This document shows, piece by piece, positions 1 to 13,000 of a stretch of 64,000 bases of DNA. Positions within the stretch are counted from its first letter, which is position 1, and the number at the start of each line of letters is the position of its first letter. Below the pieces are notes generated by a model, which was not told the origin of the DNA, ran no database searches, and saw only the letters and a list, made by a program, of their open reading frames with translations. Source of the DNA: Bugula neritina (lineage: Eukaryota; Animalia; Bryozoa). The stretch covers positions 28,953,504 to 29,017,503 of the forward strand of contig OZ037765.1 in assembly GCA_964035545.1 (NCBI GenBank), written 5' to 3'. The translations under genes and the position numbers were made by a program.

Positions 1-471
1 TGAAAGCTGTCGGGACAAGGTTCAAAGTTGTGGGCAACACCTCCCAGTCCATCATTCGAATGTATACTAGCACGAAGTGAGCTTCCCACCGTCAGGGGCT
101 TTGAACATCCACGGTAAACTGGAACCTACATAAAAACTCTAGCTAAATATCTCTAAAGTTCTACAAAACATCATGGAATCTACTGCTTCATGTGCATAAA
201 AAATCAAGAATAGTGTAAAGTTGCAATTTAAACTTTAACTTACACTTTGTTGAGAAACTTTGAGTGTGCGCAACACGTTTTGTACAGCAACATCAACTGG
301 ACAGTTACCACCAACACAGGTTATTGCAAGCAGGTCAATTTCTGAACAGATCTCCTTAGCATGCAACATCATGAGAATGGCCACAGCATCATCTACTCCA
401 CAGTTGCAATCAATTATAAACTTCTCCTTCTCTTTTGCAGAGTTATTCGCACTGTCACTACTGCTAGCCAT
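1..471 (-). CDS. Inosine-uridine preferring nucleoside hydrolase family, tandem copy A (5' part only, continues beyond window start; catalytic motif altered to DCNCGVDD)
   Basis: Exon 1 471-244 (MASSSD...KFIIDCNCGVDDAVAI...GGNCPVDVAVQN, donor GTAAGT) and exon 2 125-<1 (VPVYRGCSKPL...HSNDGLGG). Near-identical to the copy at 2359-5916. Confidence 0.9.
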
Positions 472-2118
472 CAGGGTAATAGTATATAATAGTTGATAAT
501 CTAATTATTGATCGTTATTGGGATGTTAATGTTTGGTAATGCCAAGTATCTGAAAAAAATTAATACAGAGTGAGTAAAATACTGATACAAAACAGTAACA
601 GTGAGTATAAGACCAAGTTCAAGTTGAAATATTGTTATATTAGATACTAGAGGCATTTAGATATGCCTAATGCAACGCAAAGTATGCATACAATTATATT
701 CTAGATATCTGCGTATATTATGATACAAGTATAATATATATTCTGCGTATGTCTATGTTGGTATTGTACTAACCAGTAATACTATTTATAGAAGCTTCTT
801 CTCTTTAGTCACACCTGATCAGGACAAATTCCAGTGCACAAGAGAGATTTTATTTCACAGTTACCACATCAGTTTAGAGGGCTCTCTCCTCAGTTACCAA
901 TCATAGCTAGAGCTCCAATATTTGATATAAAGGTAAGATTAACGAAAGTGTCAAGTATCATATAGCTGAAAAGTAAATGCTCTAACCCTTAGGCTAGAAG
1001 TCCATGTACGGAGGTTCATATGTTAACATATGTGGAAGATGTACTATGCTGCTATTAAATTAAATATATATAATTATATTATCTCCGGCAATTAAGTGAA
1101 TGTCCTGTGTCATGGTAGATAATGTCCATGTGTGTCTATTAGAAGCTGCTGTTATAGTATTATGGAAATAAAAGGTATCAATATGGAAAAAGATAGAATA
1201 CATGTAAGCATTCAATACAAGGACATTATTGAGCCCTAACAAACACTGCAGGAAAGTTGGTGCTGTATGTGTGTGCGTGCGTGTGTGGTGTGTGAGTGTG
1301 ATATATTAAGACTAGGATCTACGAGCATGAGTGCTGACTACCTTATATCAGTATAGGTCAACATATTGTCTTACGAGTTATGACATTGTTTATCACTATA
1401 GATTATAATTATCATCATAATAAAATAATGATCATCAAAATGATTTACCTTTAAGCAATGTCAAGTCCAATAAGTCCTAAGTAAAGATAACCTATTCAAA
1501 AAGTTCATTTGACAAAAAAGCCAACAAATTAGAAAAACTGAAAAGAGCTTCAACAAACATTCCTAAGAAAAAGCAAATGTCTAATCAAAATCAACAAACA
1601 CAGACACACCAACTCTCTCAAACAGCGACATCTCAGCCTTCTCAAGTTTCAAATTTTCCCGAATTTAATACTCAAATTACCCAGAATTTGCACCAGTCAT
1701 TAATGTACACCAACATTTTTCAAGAACTGCAGGAGAAACAACACTTGGCTCAATAATGATTGACAGCATTTTAATGAGGTCCATTTGAGAACATATCTTA
1801 AGTTAAAATAAGCTGAATACATCCTATGACAGAATCTTATGAAAAAATTCTCAGCATATAATAAATCTAGAAAGTAACAATAAAAGTGTAACTTAGTGTA
1901 TTATAAAAGTTTAATAAGCATAAAAGCTTTGCTGTACTTCAAAGACATGTAAAAGACAATTTTAGTTTGTAGATCTAACGTAAAGCTTACAACTAAAAGT
2001 AGTTAAATACATTTTAGTAGCACAAATTTATTAAAATTCTTGAATAAAAAAATTGGTCGTAATATAATGTACTGTACTCAAGAGTTATATCGGATAGGAT
2101 GTAAAAACCTAAGAACAA

Positions 2119-2296
2119 TAAATGTTGAGATGTCTGAAAATAATATTCTCAAATAACATTACTTCTTACACTCGGCTAACAAAAGCTAAAAAAGAATTAT
2201 ATGTCTGACTAAAAACAAAATAAATGCTGAGATTTCTCAAAATAATATTACTAATAAAATTCATTTACTTTTTGTACTCAGCTAATAAAAGTTAAT
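2119..2296. repeat. Diverged ~100-bp direct duplication downstream of nucleoside hydrolase copy B
   Basis: TAAATGTTGAGATGTCTGAAAATAATATT...CTCGGCTAACAAAAGCTAA (~2119-2189) versus TAAATGCTGAGATTTCTCAAAATAATATT...CTCAGCTAATAAAAGTTAA (~2221-2296). Confidence 0.6.
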
Positions 2297-2358
2297 AGCA
2301 AGAGAGTCACATGATGACTACTTGTGAGTCTAGTAGGTCATAGGAGACACTACATACA

Positions 2359-5300
2359 TTATGCACCCTGTGTCAGAGATTCAAGGAGAGATCTATGTTT
2401 CTCTTTGTCTACTTCTAGAATGAGTTCAGCAGGTTTCATGTCTCTGGGATGCTGGCCATCCCTCCATTCAATAACAAGCATTCCTACATAGGAAGGGTAA
2501 ATGTGACCACCCTTCAGAGTGTAATAAATGATAGCAAAAGCACAGGCTAACCAAACTCAAAAAACGCAAACCCAAAGTTTGAACTAATACCCAATAAAGT
2601 TAGAAATGAAAACTAAATTAATACTTTTGCTATTGTATCTCTAGTAGCAAACAGATTAACAACAGTCACCACATGTTGGATAAGTGGCTAAACATCTACA
2701 CTAAACAATGAAGTACTTATTTAAGAGTTGTGTTCTCCAGTAACATACTGAGAGAACATGTCAGAAGAAAAATTTTCTTGCACCATATAATGAGTGAATA
2801 GCTAGAAGTTGATAGCTACTGAGTGATGCAGAGTTTGGTAATAATTACTAATTACACTTATTTACTACATAATGATGGAACATAATATTTTGAAGGAACT
2901 ATGCAGTCAAGCTCAAATAAGCATTTTTGATTAAAACTTAGTATTTGTACTACTACCTACACAGCAGTTATTAAAAGCTGCAGGTTTTAGCTTTCAAATA
3001 GTATATTATGTTAATTAAAATCTTATTTTTTTTTACGAATTAATTCCATAACCCTCACAAACTATTATATAACATACCTCTAGTACTGTGGCCTGCTGTT
3101 TCTACGGTCACTTTTTTGTGGATAGATTTTAAAACAATGTCAGGATGCAACGCCACACTTATTGCAAAGGGGTCACATAGAGAAAAACCGGCGCCATGAA
3201 AATGTTCTCGTCTATATTTAGTAAACGCTTTTAGCATACTCTTCATGAAGTGCCCCCTCACATTCATGGGCTCAGCCAGCCACTTATCAAACCATTCCTA
3301 GAATTAAGTACCATTCTAGTCTATAACGGATTTTGGACTTTCAAATGTCAAAAAATTTACACAAAAAAATATTTTGGCAAAAAGAATTGGCAAGTCCACA
3401 AGTACTCATTTTTATTCCACAAGGTTAGTTATAGACAAGCATTGTATTGGTTTCAGAAGTACCAACACACATGTTGGGAACCAAGTGCCTTGTCAGAAAA
3501 AGAGAAATAATTTAAATAACTTTCAATACATAATTTAAAATGTTACCCAAAATAAACTTTTGATGGGCCGAATATTTATAAAGGGAACTGCCAATTTCGG
3601 AAACACCCAATGTACAGCTCCAGGGTTTCACAAACTGCTTTTTGTTTTGATAAAAAATTAGAAATCACAGATTGTAATTGCAGTCTCAAGCACAGTGCTT
3701 TATAATGAAATGGCTTAAATACTCATCATTGTAAGAGAAATTGCGATACAGCATGAAAATTCAATTCAATATTTGAGATGAAACACAAGGATGTTGATGA
3801 GGAGTTGTTACACATAGCTAGCTGGAAACTAACTGACAACTAACTGGCAACTGATTGGCAACTAACTAGCAACTAGCTGGCAAGTAACTAGTGGCTAACT
3901 AATGATTAATGGCAAAATCTCCAGATTAAAATACAATATTAAAATGAAATTGATTACCCATGAAAACGAATTGTCCAGTCCACACAACTCCCACCCACAA
4001 ATCTGCAACGGGCACACAGTTTCTTCAACAACAATTTTCGCTGATTCTGGATCCACATGGAAATTAAACTCTGCGGCCAATTGTACATTACCCTTGCCTA
4101 CAGTATGTACATTAATATTAGTGTGAGTGTATGTGTGCGTGCGTGTGTGCATGATAGTGTGCCCATGTTCTTGTGTGTTGAATAAGAGAGAAAGACAAAA
4201 TTATATGCAGACATTAGATACTGCTATTAGGTGTCATCGGAGTTAGACGCTAGGCTAAATTTCTCACTTGGACACTTCCCACATGACGATTCCCAGTTAG
4301 ACGCTATTCATCTATTTTGGTACAATACCTGTATTTTATGTGCAATTTATTTGAATATCATTGAAATATATGTATATTTAAATAAATATTTTGGATCAAT
4401 TGTTTGTTATTTAGCACATAAAGGAATTCCTTTGAACTGCATTAACTTATTAACTTTGCATTTTCTATAATTCTAGCTGTCTGAAAAAATATTTCATTAA
4501 TAAGCATTCATTAAAGATAGTGTCTATTATTAATGTATTACTGGTTTTTTTTGGTTCAACACAAATCAATGAAAATTGAAATGTTATGCTAGATAATTTA
4601 TATTAACTATTATTTCATATTTAGCAGTCAATACAACAGTTACATAGGCATATATAGGTATATTACTATATATATAATGTACCAAAATAAAAATAGCGTC
4701 CAACTGGGAAGCATTTAACTGAGAAGCGTCCATCTGGGATGAAACTTGCAACTATACTATTTATAGAGAGATTAACCTTGAGTATTTCCTCCCATAACAA
4801 CCAATTTCTTGAGTTTCAAAGAGAAACTTTCATCTAGCCTGTAGGCTATGGCGAGGTTTGTGAGGGGACCAAGTGCCACCACCGTAATCTCACCTACAGT
4901 GACATGGATTTCAAGTCAAAAATATTTAAACAGAAAATTTAATTTAAAGTAATTGCGATGTGAAAAGTAGAAAGTTTTAGAGTTTTCACCTACTTTCTCC
5001 GTGAATGAATGCATTTTTAAACTTTAGAGTTTAAACTTTAGACTGATAAATAACTGAAGAAATAGCATACGCCCTTACAACACCTTCTCACTCAGCAGTG
5101 TGGAGTGAGGCCACATCCTTCCCAACAAAAACAACAAGGCCAAGAAATGAGCTTACTGAGAGCACACACAACATAGGACAAACTTAAGAAAATATACTAA
5201 ACAGATAGTTATTTTACAGAATCTAAAAAATTATAAGTTCTTTTATGAGAAAAATTATACCAACATATCATTTTTAATGTAAAAATTAATTTAGAAGACA

Positions 5301-5916
5301 GTATTCTACTATAAACTAACACATTGCAGCAATAGATAATCTGTACAAGCTGACCAGGAAAATAATATAATATTGTTCCTTTGCTCACCAGGATGCTCGT
5401 TAACCATTTGAATAAGTTTTGTAACTGCATGGTCAGGTTGAAAGCTGTCGGGACATGGTTCAAAGTTGTGTGCAACACCCCCCAGTCCATCATTCGAATG
5501 TATACTAGCACGAAGTGAGCTTCCCACCGTCAGGGGCTTTGAGCATCCACGATAAACTGGAACCTACATACAGACTCTAGCTAAATATCTCTAAAATTCT
5601 ACAAAACATCAGGTGACCTCCTGTCTCATGCGCATAAAGCATCAAAAATAGTGTAAAGCAGAAAGCTACAATTCAAACTTTAACTTACACTTTGTTGAGA
5701 AACTTTGAGTGTGCGCAACACGTTTTGCACAGCAACATCAACTGGACAGTTACCACCAACACAGGTTATTGCAAGCAGGTCAATTTCTGAACAGATCTCC
5801 TTAGCATGCAACATCATGAGAATGGCCACAGCATCATCTACTCCACAGTCGCAATCAATTATAAACTTCTCCTTCTCGTTTGCAGAGTTATTCGCACTGT
5901 CACTACTGCTAGCCAT
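2359..5916 (-). CDS. Nucleoside hydrolase (IU-NH family, Cys-type 'xCDx' subgroup), complete copy B, 334 aa
   Basis: Six phase-compatible GT-AG exons: 5916-5689, 5563-5389, 4893-4777, 4097-3958, 3297-3078, 2483-2359 (1005 nt, ends TAA). Motifs DCDCGVDD (DxDxxxDD), HSNDGLG, LGPLTNLA, MGG, AEFNFHVDPESA, LCDP, TRGMLVIEW. Confidence 0.95.
3821..3900. repeat. Degenerate 11-bp tandem repeat (CTGGCAACTAA), about 7 copies, intronic
   Basis: gctggaaactaactgacaactaactggcaactgattggcaactaactagcaactagctggcaagtaact. Confidence 0.75.
4230..4746. mobile_element. MITE-like non-autonomous DNA transposon in hydrolase intron 3
   Basis: Inverted termini GTGTCATCGGAGTTAGACGCT (4231) / AGCGTCCATCTGGGATGAAAC (to 4745). 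Subterminal inverted repeat TTCCCAGTTAGACGCTATT (4290) / AATAGCGTCCAACTGGGAA (4692). AT-rich core. TSD only degenerate (TGCTATTA/TGCAACTA). Confidence 0.65.
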
Positions 5917-6401
5917 CTCAATAATGGTATATAACAGCTGATAATCCAATTATTAATCGTTCTGTGGTGTTAATGTTTGGTAATGCTAAGAATCACCATC
6001 TCAATCTGTATAAAATTAATATAGTGTAATTAGAGTCTATCAGTATCAGTAGAGTATAAATAGAATACCGCATACCGATACAAGACGGTAATAGTCACAG
6101 TGAGTACAAGACCAAGTTGAAGTTCAAGTTGAATTATCACTTTAACTATCAGGTTGAATATAATTATATCAATATAAAAACTAATTAATTTTAACTGTAA
6201 CTACTAGCAATGCCAAGCCTAAGGCCATTGGTTAATGGGTGTGTGAAAATAAAATTAAAAGCAAATAAAATTTACCAACAATCTGAACCAACAATGATAA
6301 TCACAATCACAATGTGAATGACAATAACAAAATAAAAATTAATAATTATTCAATGTAAATTAAAATTGATATCAAATTATTAAAAATTCAATAACCTTTA
6401 C

Positions 6402-7033
6402 CTTAAAAGTCGAGCCTGATGTTCACCAGTTCAGCTCCATGACACTTCACAGCTATAACTTATATTCAAGTAACAAGAATGTTCACTGTGATTATTTATT
6501 ATTATAAATATCAAATATGACCACGCAGTAACTTAACCGCATGAGCAACTTTGACTTCAGGACATTGCATACAATTTACAAAGGGTTAAAGGGTATTTAG
6601 TTATACTTAAAATTAATACATCACGCTGATGGTAGGCGTGGGACTATAATTCCAATAATATCTTTTTCATGTTCTAATTATAACTCAATACCACATTAGA
6701 CAGTACTACTCAAGAGATAAAAGCTTCCTGCAACAATGTCAATGCTGTAGCATCGGTTCTTCAAATAAATATTGACGGTAGTAATGTTCAATCGCTCGAA
6801 CCTAATTTTAATGGTATTATAATTTTGAGTAAAACAGCAACTACAGTTTTTTCTGTCATCAATTGCTAAGCCAAAACACTATGTCTATGATGATGAGATG
6901 AGTAATGATCCATATGACCTGTGCAATCACCTTTGTAGTCGATAAATTGAAGATATTGCGATTATGGCAAAATTTAACTAAATAAATATACTAGACTAAG
7001 TTTTTATATTAGTCTGCTTATCTTGATATTAAT
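6402..7033. promoter_or_regulatory. Putative bidirectional promoter between nucleoside hydrolase B (-) and ATP9 (+)
   Basis: Head-to-head starts (ATG 5916 on -, ATG 7034 on +). Candidate minus-strand 5'UTR donor near 6401 (AG|GTAAAG). Contains GGACTATAATTCCAA at 6641-6655. Confidence 0.5.
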
Positions 7034-10000
7034 ATGGCTTTCTTCAAAAATAATAAAAATGGTGAAAGGCAAAGCATTTCCTCTCGTCTACAACCTCATA
7101 GCATGCGGTAAGACTACTCGAATACTAATCTAAGTAAATTACATTTACTATTAGCATTAGTATTGCTATTAGTATTAGATTTTTATGATTTAGTTTTACT
7201 CCAAGTAAGGTAATTTCGATAGTCCTAGTTTTGCTCTTGCCTCGTGGCTCGTAGTCTTAAAGTTAAAGTTTAGTTAATATAAAATATAAATAATTATAAT
7301 ATTAATTATTATTGATAATAGTATTTTAATCTATATCACTATTATTTAAATTATTACTATTAGCAACTGACTAACTCAGTATCAATTACTGAGACTGAGA
7401 GTCAGAGTGAGTTTCAATATAATGAAATTAAATATAATAATTAGTATTACTGTTTTAATTATTATTACTATTAGTATTAGTATTACTATGTAATACCAAT
7501 AGTTGATTGAGTTTATCAGACATTCAATCACTGTAATTGAGACATAGTGATGGTAATACTAATACTAATAGTTCCTTAGTACTTGTAATATTGCAAATAC
7601 TTTCACCATCAGTTGTAGAATTTAAACATATCTATACTAAAAGGCTGACTGGTATTACTATTTATACATTATATGTTTTACCAGCCAGCTCCAAATTTCA
7701 CATTATAAACTATGTATTTTATGCAATGTCTAACGTGACACTATATTCTGTTTAGCCTACTAAATCTTATAATATTAATTCATATAGTTCAATAAGCAGT
7801 GCTTGTATAGCTTTTATATGATTTTGTTGTAGGAAAAAGTTTCTCACACCTGCTATGGTTAATCACATTATTTTAGGTGGTGATTTTGAATTTTTTGAGA
7901 CTCGTAATTTATTGCCTTTTTATTGTCTTACTTTATGTGAGATTATATTTGAGAATGTTCTAGCCATTGCATCACTTGGTCCATGCTTGTAATTGTTTGT
8001 TTCAGTTATGGGGCAGACAATCACAGCATTGAAACTGATGATTCTTCCAGTGTAGGTGAAACTATTGACTTAGATCTTGACTCTCAGCTAATCTCAAGAA
8101 AAAAGAAATCTAAATGGGACTCTTTTACTGACTGTATTTGTGTTGATTGGAGGGAAGCTTTATCTAGGTATTATGCTAGAGCTAGACGATTTTAGCTTCT
8201 TTATCAAACAAGCTTTTGCGTTACTTGATAATTTGCTCGCTTAAAAATATTAAAGCTGGCTCTTGGAGAAATGCAAATTTTAAGAAATTGAGAACACAAA
8301 AATAAAGTTTTATTTATTGACATTGGTTATAAAATACAAGTCCTAATAGTTTAAAGCTGCCAAACTTTTATTGCTGCCAGCTTTTACTTGAATAACATAC
8401 ATAGCTTGTAAGAATTGTTTTTTCTAGGATTTTTTTTACAATTTTGACACACAATTTATTATTTCTTTAGAATCCAGTATTTAGCTCAAGGACTATACAT
8501 ATATTTTAAAATATACTTGGTTTCAGTTTTATTCTCAAGATCCCACGTTCACTAAATTAACTACTATTTATAGAGCTTATGAATAACTATGACAATCTTG
8601 CAGTAGCTTTCATTTATTGTCTATTGTTGTCAATTTCTTGCTCAGTGAATTCTGCTCTTTAAAGGTGCTGTGATGGTTTGTGGAGAAAGTGTAGAAAGCA
8701 GGTTGAGTATCACCCCAGAACGATCAATGTAGGCAAACTTCCTGTCTATCACCAGGAGATGCAATCTGCAGTCTATCCTCCTAATGTTATACGCAATCAA
8801 AAGTATAGCATCATTTCTTTTGTGCCAAAGGTAATGTTACATTCAATAGACTACACTCTGCAGTGAAGAATGCAGTTGTAAATGCTTACAGTAATTTATA
8901 TGGCCAGGTAAACTGCTATACTTATACAAGTCATATTTTGCTTTCTTCTTGTAGGTTTTATTTGAGCAATTCAAATATTTCTTAAATCTTTACTTTCTCA
9001 TCATGTCCTGCTCCCAGTTTGTACCTGAAGTAAGAATTGGTCAACTCTATACGTACTGGGCACCTCTGGTAAGATGTATGAATAGGCACATGATACTTTT
9101 ACAGCTTTTATCTTTTGCTGTTTGCAAACAGGGAATTATGATTTGTCTCCCTTTTTTAGTTTAGCCATGCATATTCTGCTCTACCTGGCTCGCACAGTTT
9201 CATCAATTCAATTTTATTGAATTATCATTGACTTGCTAACTGCCATCCATGTAATTCCCAAGTTTTTAAATAATGCTTTAGCAACATGTATGTATTCTAC
9301 TGCTCACATCTCAATTTAAAAATATAACGGGACACTCTGGTTTGAACTTGTTTTGTTGCTATTCTGTCATGCATACCAAAATTGTGTTGAATTAATTTTG
9401 TATTTTGATAAACACGACTTTCAAGATTTGTTTCAACCAATTTCTTATGTGGTGCGTATGTTGTTTTATTATTCCACATCGTAGGGGTTTGTGATAGCCG
9501 TGACGATGTTAAGGGAACTGTTGGATGACATTCGGAGATACCGGCGAGATAAGGAAGTAAACTCCCAATCTTACAAGAAGTTGACATCCCGAGGGGAAAC
9601 CTTTGTTCCAAGTAGTGATATTCACGTGGGAGACATTATCATTGTTGAAAAGGTAGATTCCTTTACATACGTGTTTCATTTACGTTCTTACATGCAGTTG
9701 GCAGCTAAGTTTAGTTTCAACTGTTAATTGTAGCAATTATCACTTCATCATTTAAAAAGTTAGGAAGCTGTTGAAATTATTCTGCATTCATTGAAAGAGT
9801 TTTAACTGAAATTTGAAGCTACTTTTTTATAGCGAGTCTGTATTTCAGTGTATGTTTTAGGAGTTTCTTTTTTGTAGAACCAGCGAGTGCCGGCAGATAT
9901 GGTCTTTCTCCGGACATCTGAGAAATCTGGCTCTTGCTTCATCAGAACAGATCAGTTGGATGGTGAAACTGACTGGAAACTGAAGCTGGCTGTTGCTACC

Positions 10001-13000
10001 ACACAGAGACTACCAGCAGACCTGGTGAACAGTTATACTGTGTTATGTTCACTGTCACCTTGGGGCACCTGCATGTTCACTGTCACCTTGGGGCACCTGC
10101 ATATTCACTGTCACCTTGGGGCACCTGCATATTCACTGTCACCTTGGGGAACCTGCATGTTCACTGTCACCTTGGAGCACCTGCATATTCACTGTCACCT
10201 TGGGGAACCTGCATCTTCACTGTCACCTTTCATCACCTGCATGTCTAATTTTATGAGAATATAATATTTTTATTGTGTTGGCAGGCGTTGTTTGATATAT
10301 CAGCTCAAGTCTATGCGGAGAAGCCCCAGAAAGATATACACAACTTCATTGGCACATTCACAATGGTCAGTTCCATAAGATTGTTAATGAAGCAGTGATT
10401 TTAGATAAAATTGTTTTTATTCATTATCGGCTTTGTTTTAATTATTGTTAAATTAGAAGAAGTTATGCAATCCTTACATCATTGCTGTTGTAATGCTTAT
10501 TATTGGTTTGTATGTAGATGGATGACTCAGAGGAAAGAATGTCTCTCAACCTAGACAACTCAATATGGGCCAACAGCATCATAGCCTCAGGAACTGCCCT
10601 TGGTGTTGTGATATATACGGGTTCTGAGACAAGAAGTGTGATGAACACATCCCAACCTCCAACTAAAGTGTGTCATCATCTTATCATGTTATAATTATTT
10701 GCTACTTCGTTTACACACTTATATATATATATATATATATATCTGTTTTAGCTATAATTTTTTTGAAAAGTTCTGTTTGTGGTGAAAGTTTTAAATTAAT
10801 GCTGGGACTCTGAAATTTTTTTTAGAAAATACTGACAGAAAAACCTGATGTTTTCCTATTGAATGTATATCTAGCTGCCAACTTTATATGTTACATGTTT
10901 ACATTGTTAGTCCGTAATTTTCTAGGCTGGACTAGTTGATTTAGAGATTAACTTTCTGACAAAAATTCTCTTCCTGGGAGTTCTTGCCCTCTCCCTGGTC
11001 ATGATGGCTATAAAGGTAAGAGCTGCCACTACTATCACGCTTGTAAACAATCTCCAGTTTCATTTTAGTGACATCTAATTTTTTTGTATATATTTCATCA
11101 GAACTATAGCAAGTTTTAGTTACTCCAAGTACTAAAAGTTTTCAATAATAAGGAAAGTTATTTTGGTAAATGCTTTGAATGATTTTCTTACATATGTATG
11201 AATTCTGTATTGATGTTAAAAATATTTCATCGTTGGGATTTTTAGTATTTATATATTCTACTGATCTAGCCCGTGTCTCATAGTAGTTTCAATGTTCCTC
11301 TGTTGTGTTGTGATGTCATATCCTGTATTGTTGACAGGGGTTTGGTGGACCCTGGTACAGGTACCTCATGAGGTTTATTCTCATCTTCTCCTACATCATA
11401 CCAATCAGTCTGAGGGTTAACTTAGATATGGGTAAAGCTGCCTATAGTCTCATGATGATGAGTGATAAGGAAATAGAAGGGACGGTTGTACGGAGCACCA
11501 CAATACCAGAAGAACTTGGTGAGTCCTCAGGCTATTTATAATGCAGTCATCTTAGTAATTTAGCTGTTTATTTTTTACGTCCAGTAGTATTTTTGTGATT
11601 AGAGGTTTGCTTAAATCGCAGTAACTTTCAGCAATGTGTTTCAATATGAAGAAGTAATATATCATCCTATATTAGGATTTGAAGGTGAATCTTTGAATAC
11701 TCTGAATTTGTAGGACGAATTGAGTATCTACTTTCTGATAAAACTGGCACACTGACACAAAACGAGATGATATTTAAGAAGTTGCATTTGGGTTCCGTCT
11801 CGTACACTGCAGAAACCATGGACGAGGTGAGAGAAGTACCATTGTTCATCTGGTCAATCTAGATTTCAGAGTATGTAGATCAGTCTTTCTGGAGAGCTGC
11901 ATGCTATTCTATAACTCATCATATGCCTAATTTTAGTAGTGTTGAAAAATGATTCTTTTCCCAAGTAGTGGGGAAATTGTTGATGAATAAAAAGGTCCTT
12001 GTTCATTGGGAGTTATTCCTTCTAATACTGCTTAATACTAGTCTTGTATTTAAATTTTTATTTACTAAATATTTATTTACTTTGAAAAATTGTAGTATTT
12101 GTAGTGTGTTTAAATTTACAATACTATGAGTTATGTAATTGTTTGAAAGAATTAGAGGCCCAGCTGAAAATATATTCTAAATGGAATATATAGACTATTG
12201 TTCAGTAAGCACTGGATAGTTGAACTGAGCTCTTGTACACTGCATTTATGGCATGTTAGTATTTTAGGAGTAATCTGTTCAATGGACACAGTATTTTATT
12301 CAATTCTTTCAACACAAATTACTTGTAAGTTTAAAACCAAAGGGTAGAAGATTTAAAATATAATTTCAGGTAGTTGCTCACCTGCGAACACCGTATTTGA
12401 GCGACTCTATACCACAACAGATGTCACACCAGAGAATAAGAAAGACTGCTGTCACTAAGGTACACGAGGCTGTCAAAGCTATTGCTCTATGTCACAATGT
12501 CACTCCGGTGTTTGAAGTGGAAGGAGATTTCGACACCATGACGTACCAGGCATCAAGTCCAGACGAGGTACCAGAGTGTGCATTACGCAATGTTTTTAAA
12601 GAATAGATTACTTATTTGAGTGATACGCTAACCAATATGGAAATTGCTTGGTAACACAGTTACCTGGCAACATGTAACATAAAGATTGCTGGTGAGTTGA
12701 CTGTGGCTTGTGCAAAAATTCTGGTGACCAAGGATTGTTCAGATAATATGAGTTAAGTTATAAGTTTCCCTTGCTGTATATTATGTGAGGTTTTGTCTTG
12801 TTGAACTTTTTTCTTCAACAGTCTGTTTTGATACGTAAACTATTAGTTACAATGAGGAAATCACTTGGAGTGTGGTGTGAGTATATGTGGTTGTTGCAGG
12901 TAGCTCTTGTCAAGTGGACAGAGAGTGTTGGACTAACTCTCATTCACAGAGATCTGAGTAGCATGACACTCCGGACACCTGTGACAGGTGCCACTGTCAA

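Noticed and set aside
260-5941. + strand ORFs 260-496, 3250-3510, 3902-4126 and 5705-5941
   Set aside because: Antisense shadows of nucleoside hydrolase exons; no independent coding signal.
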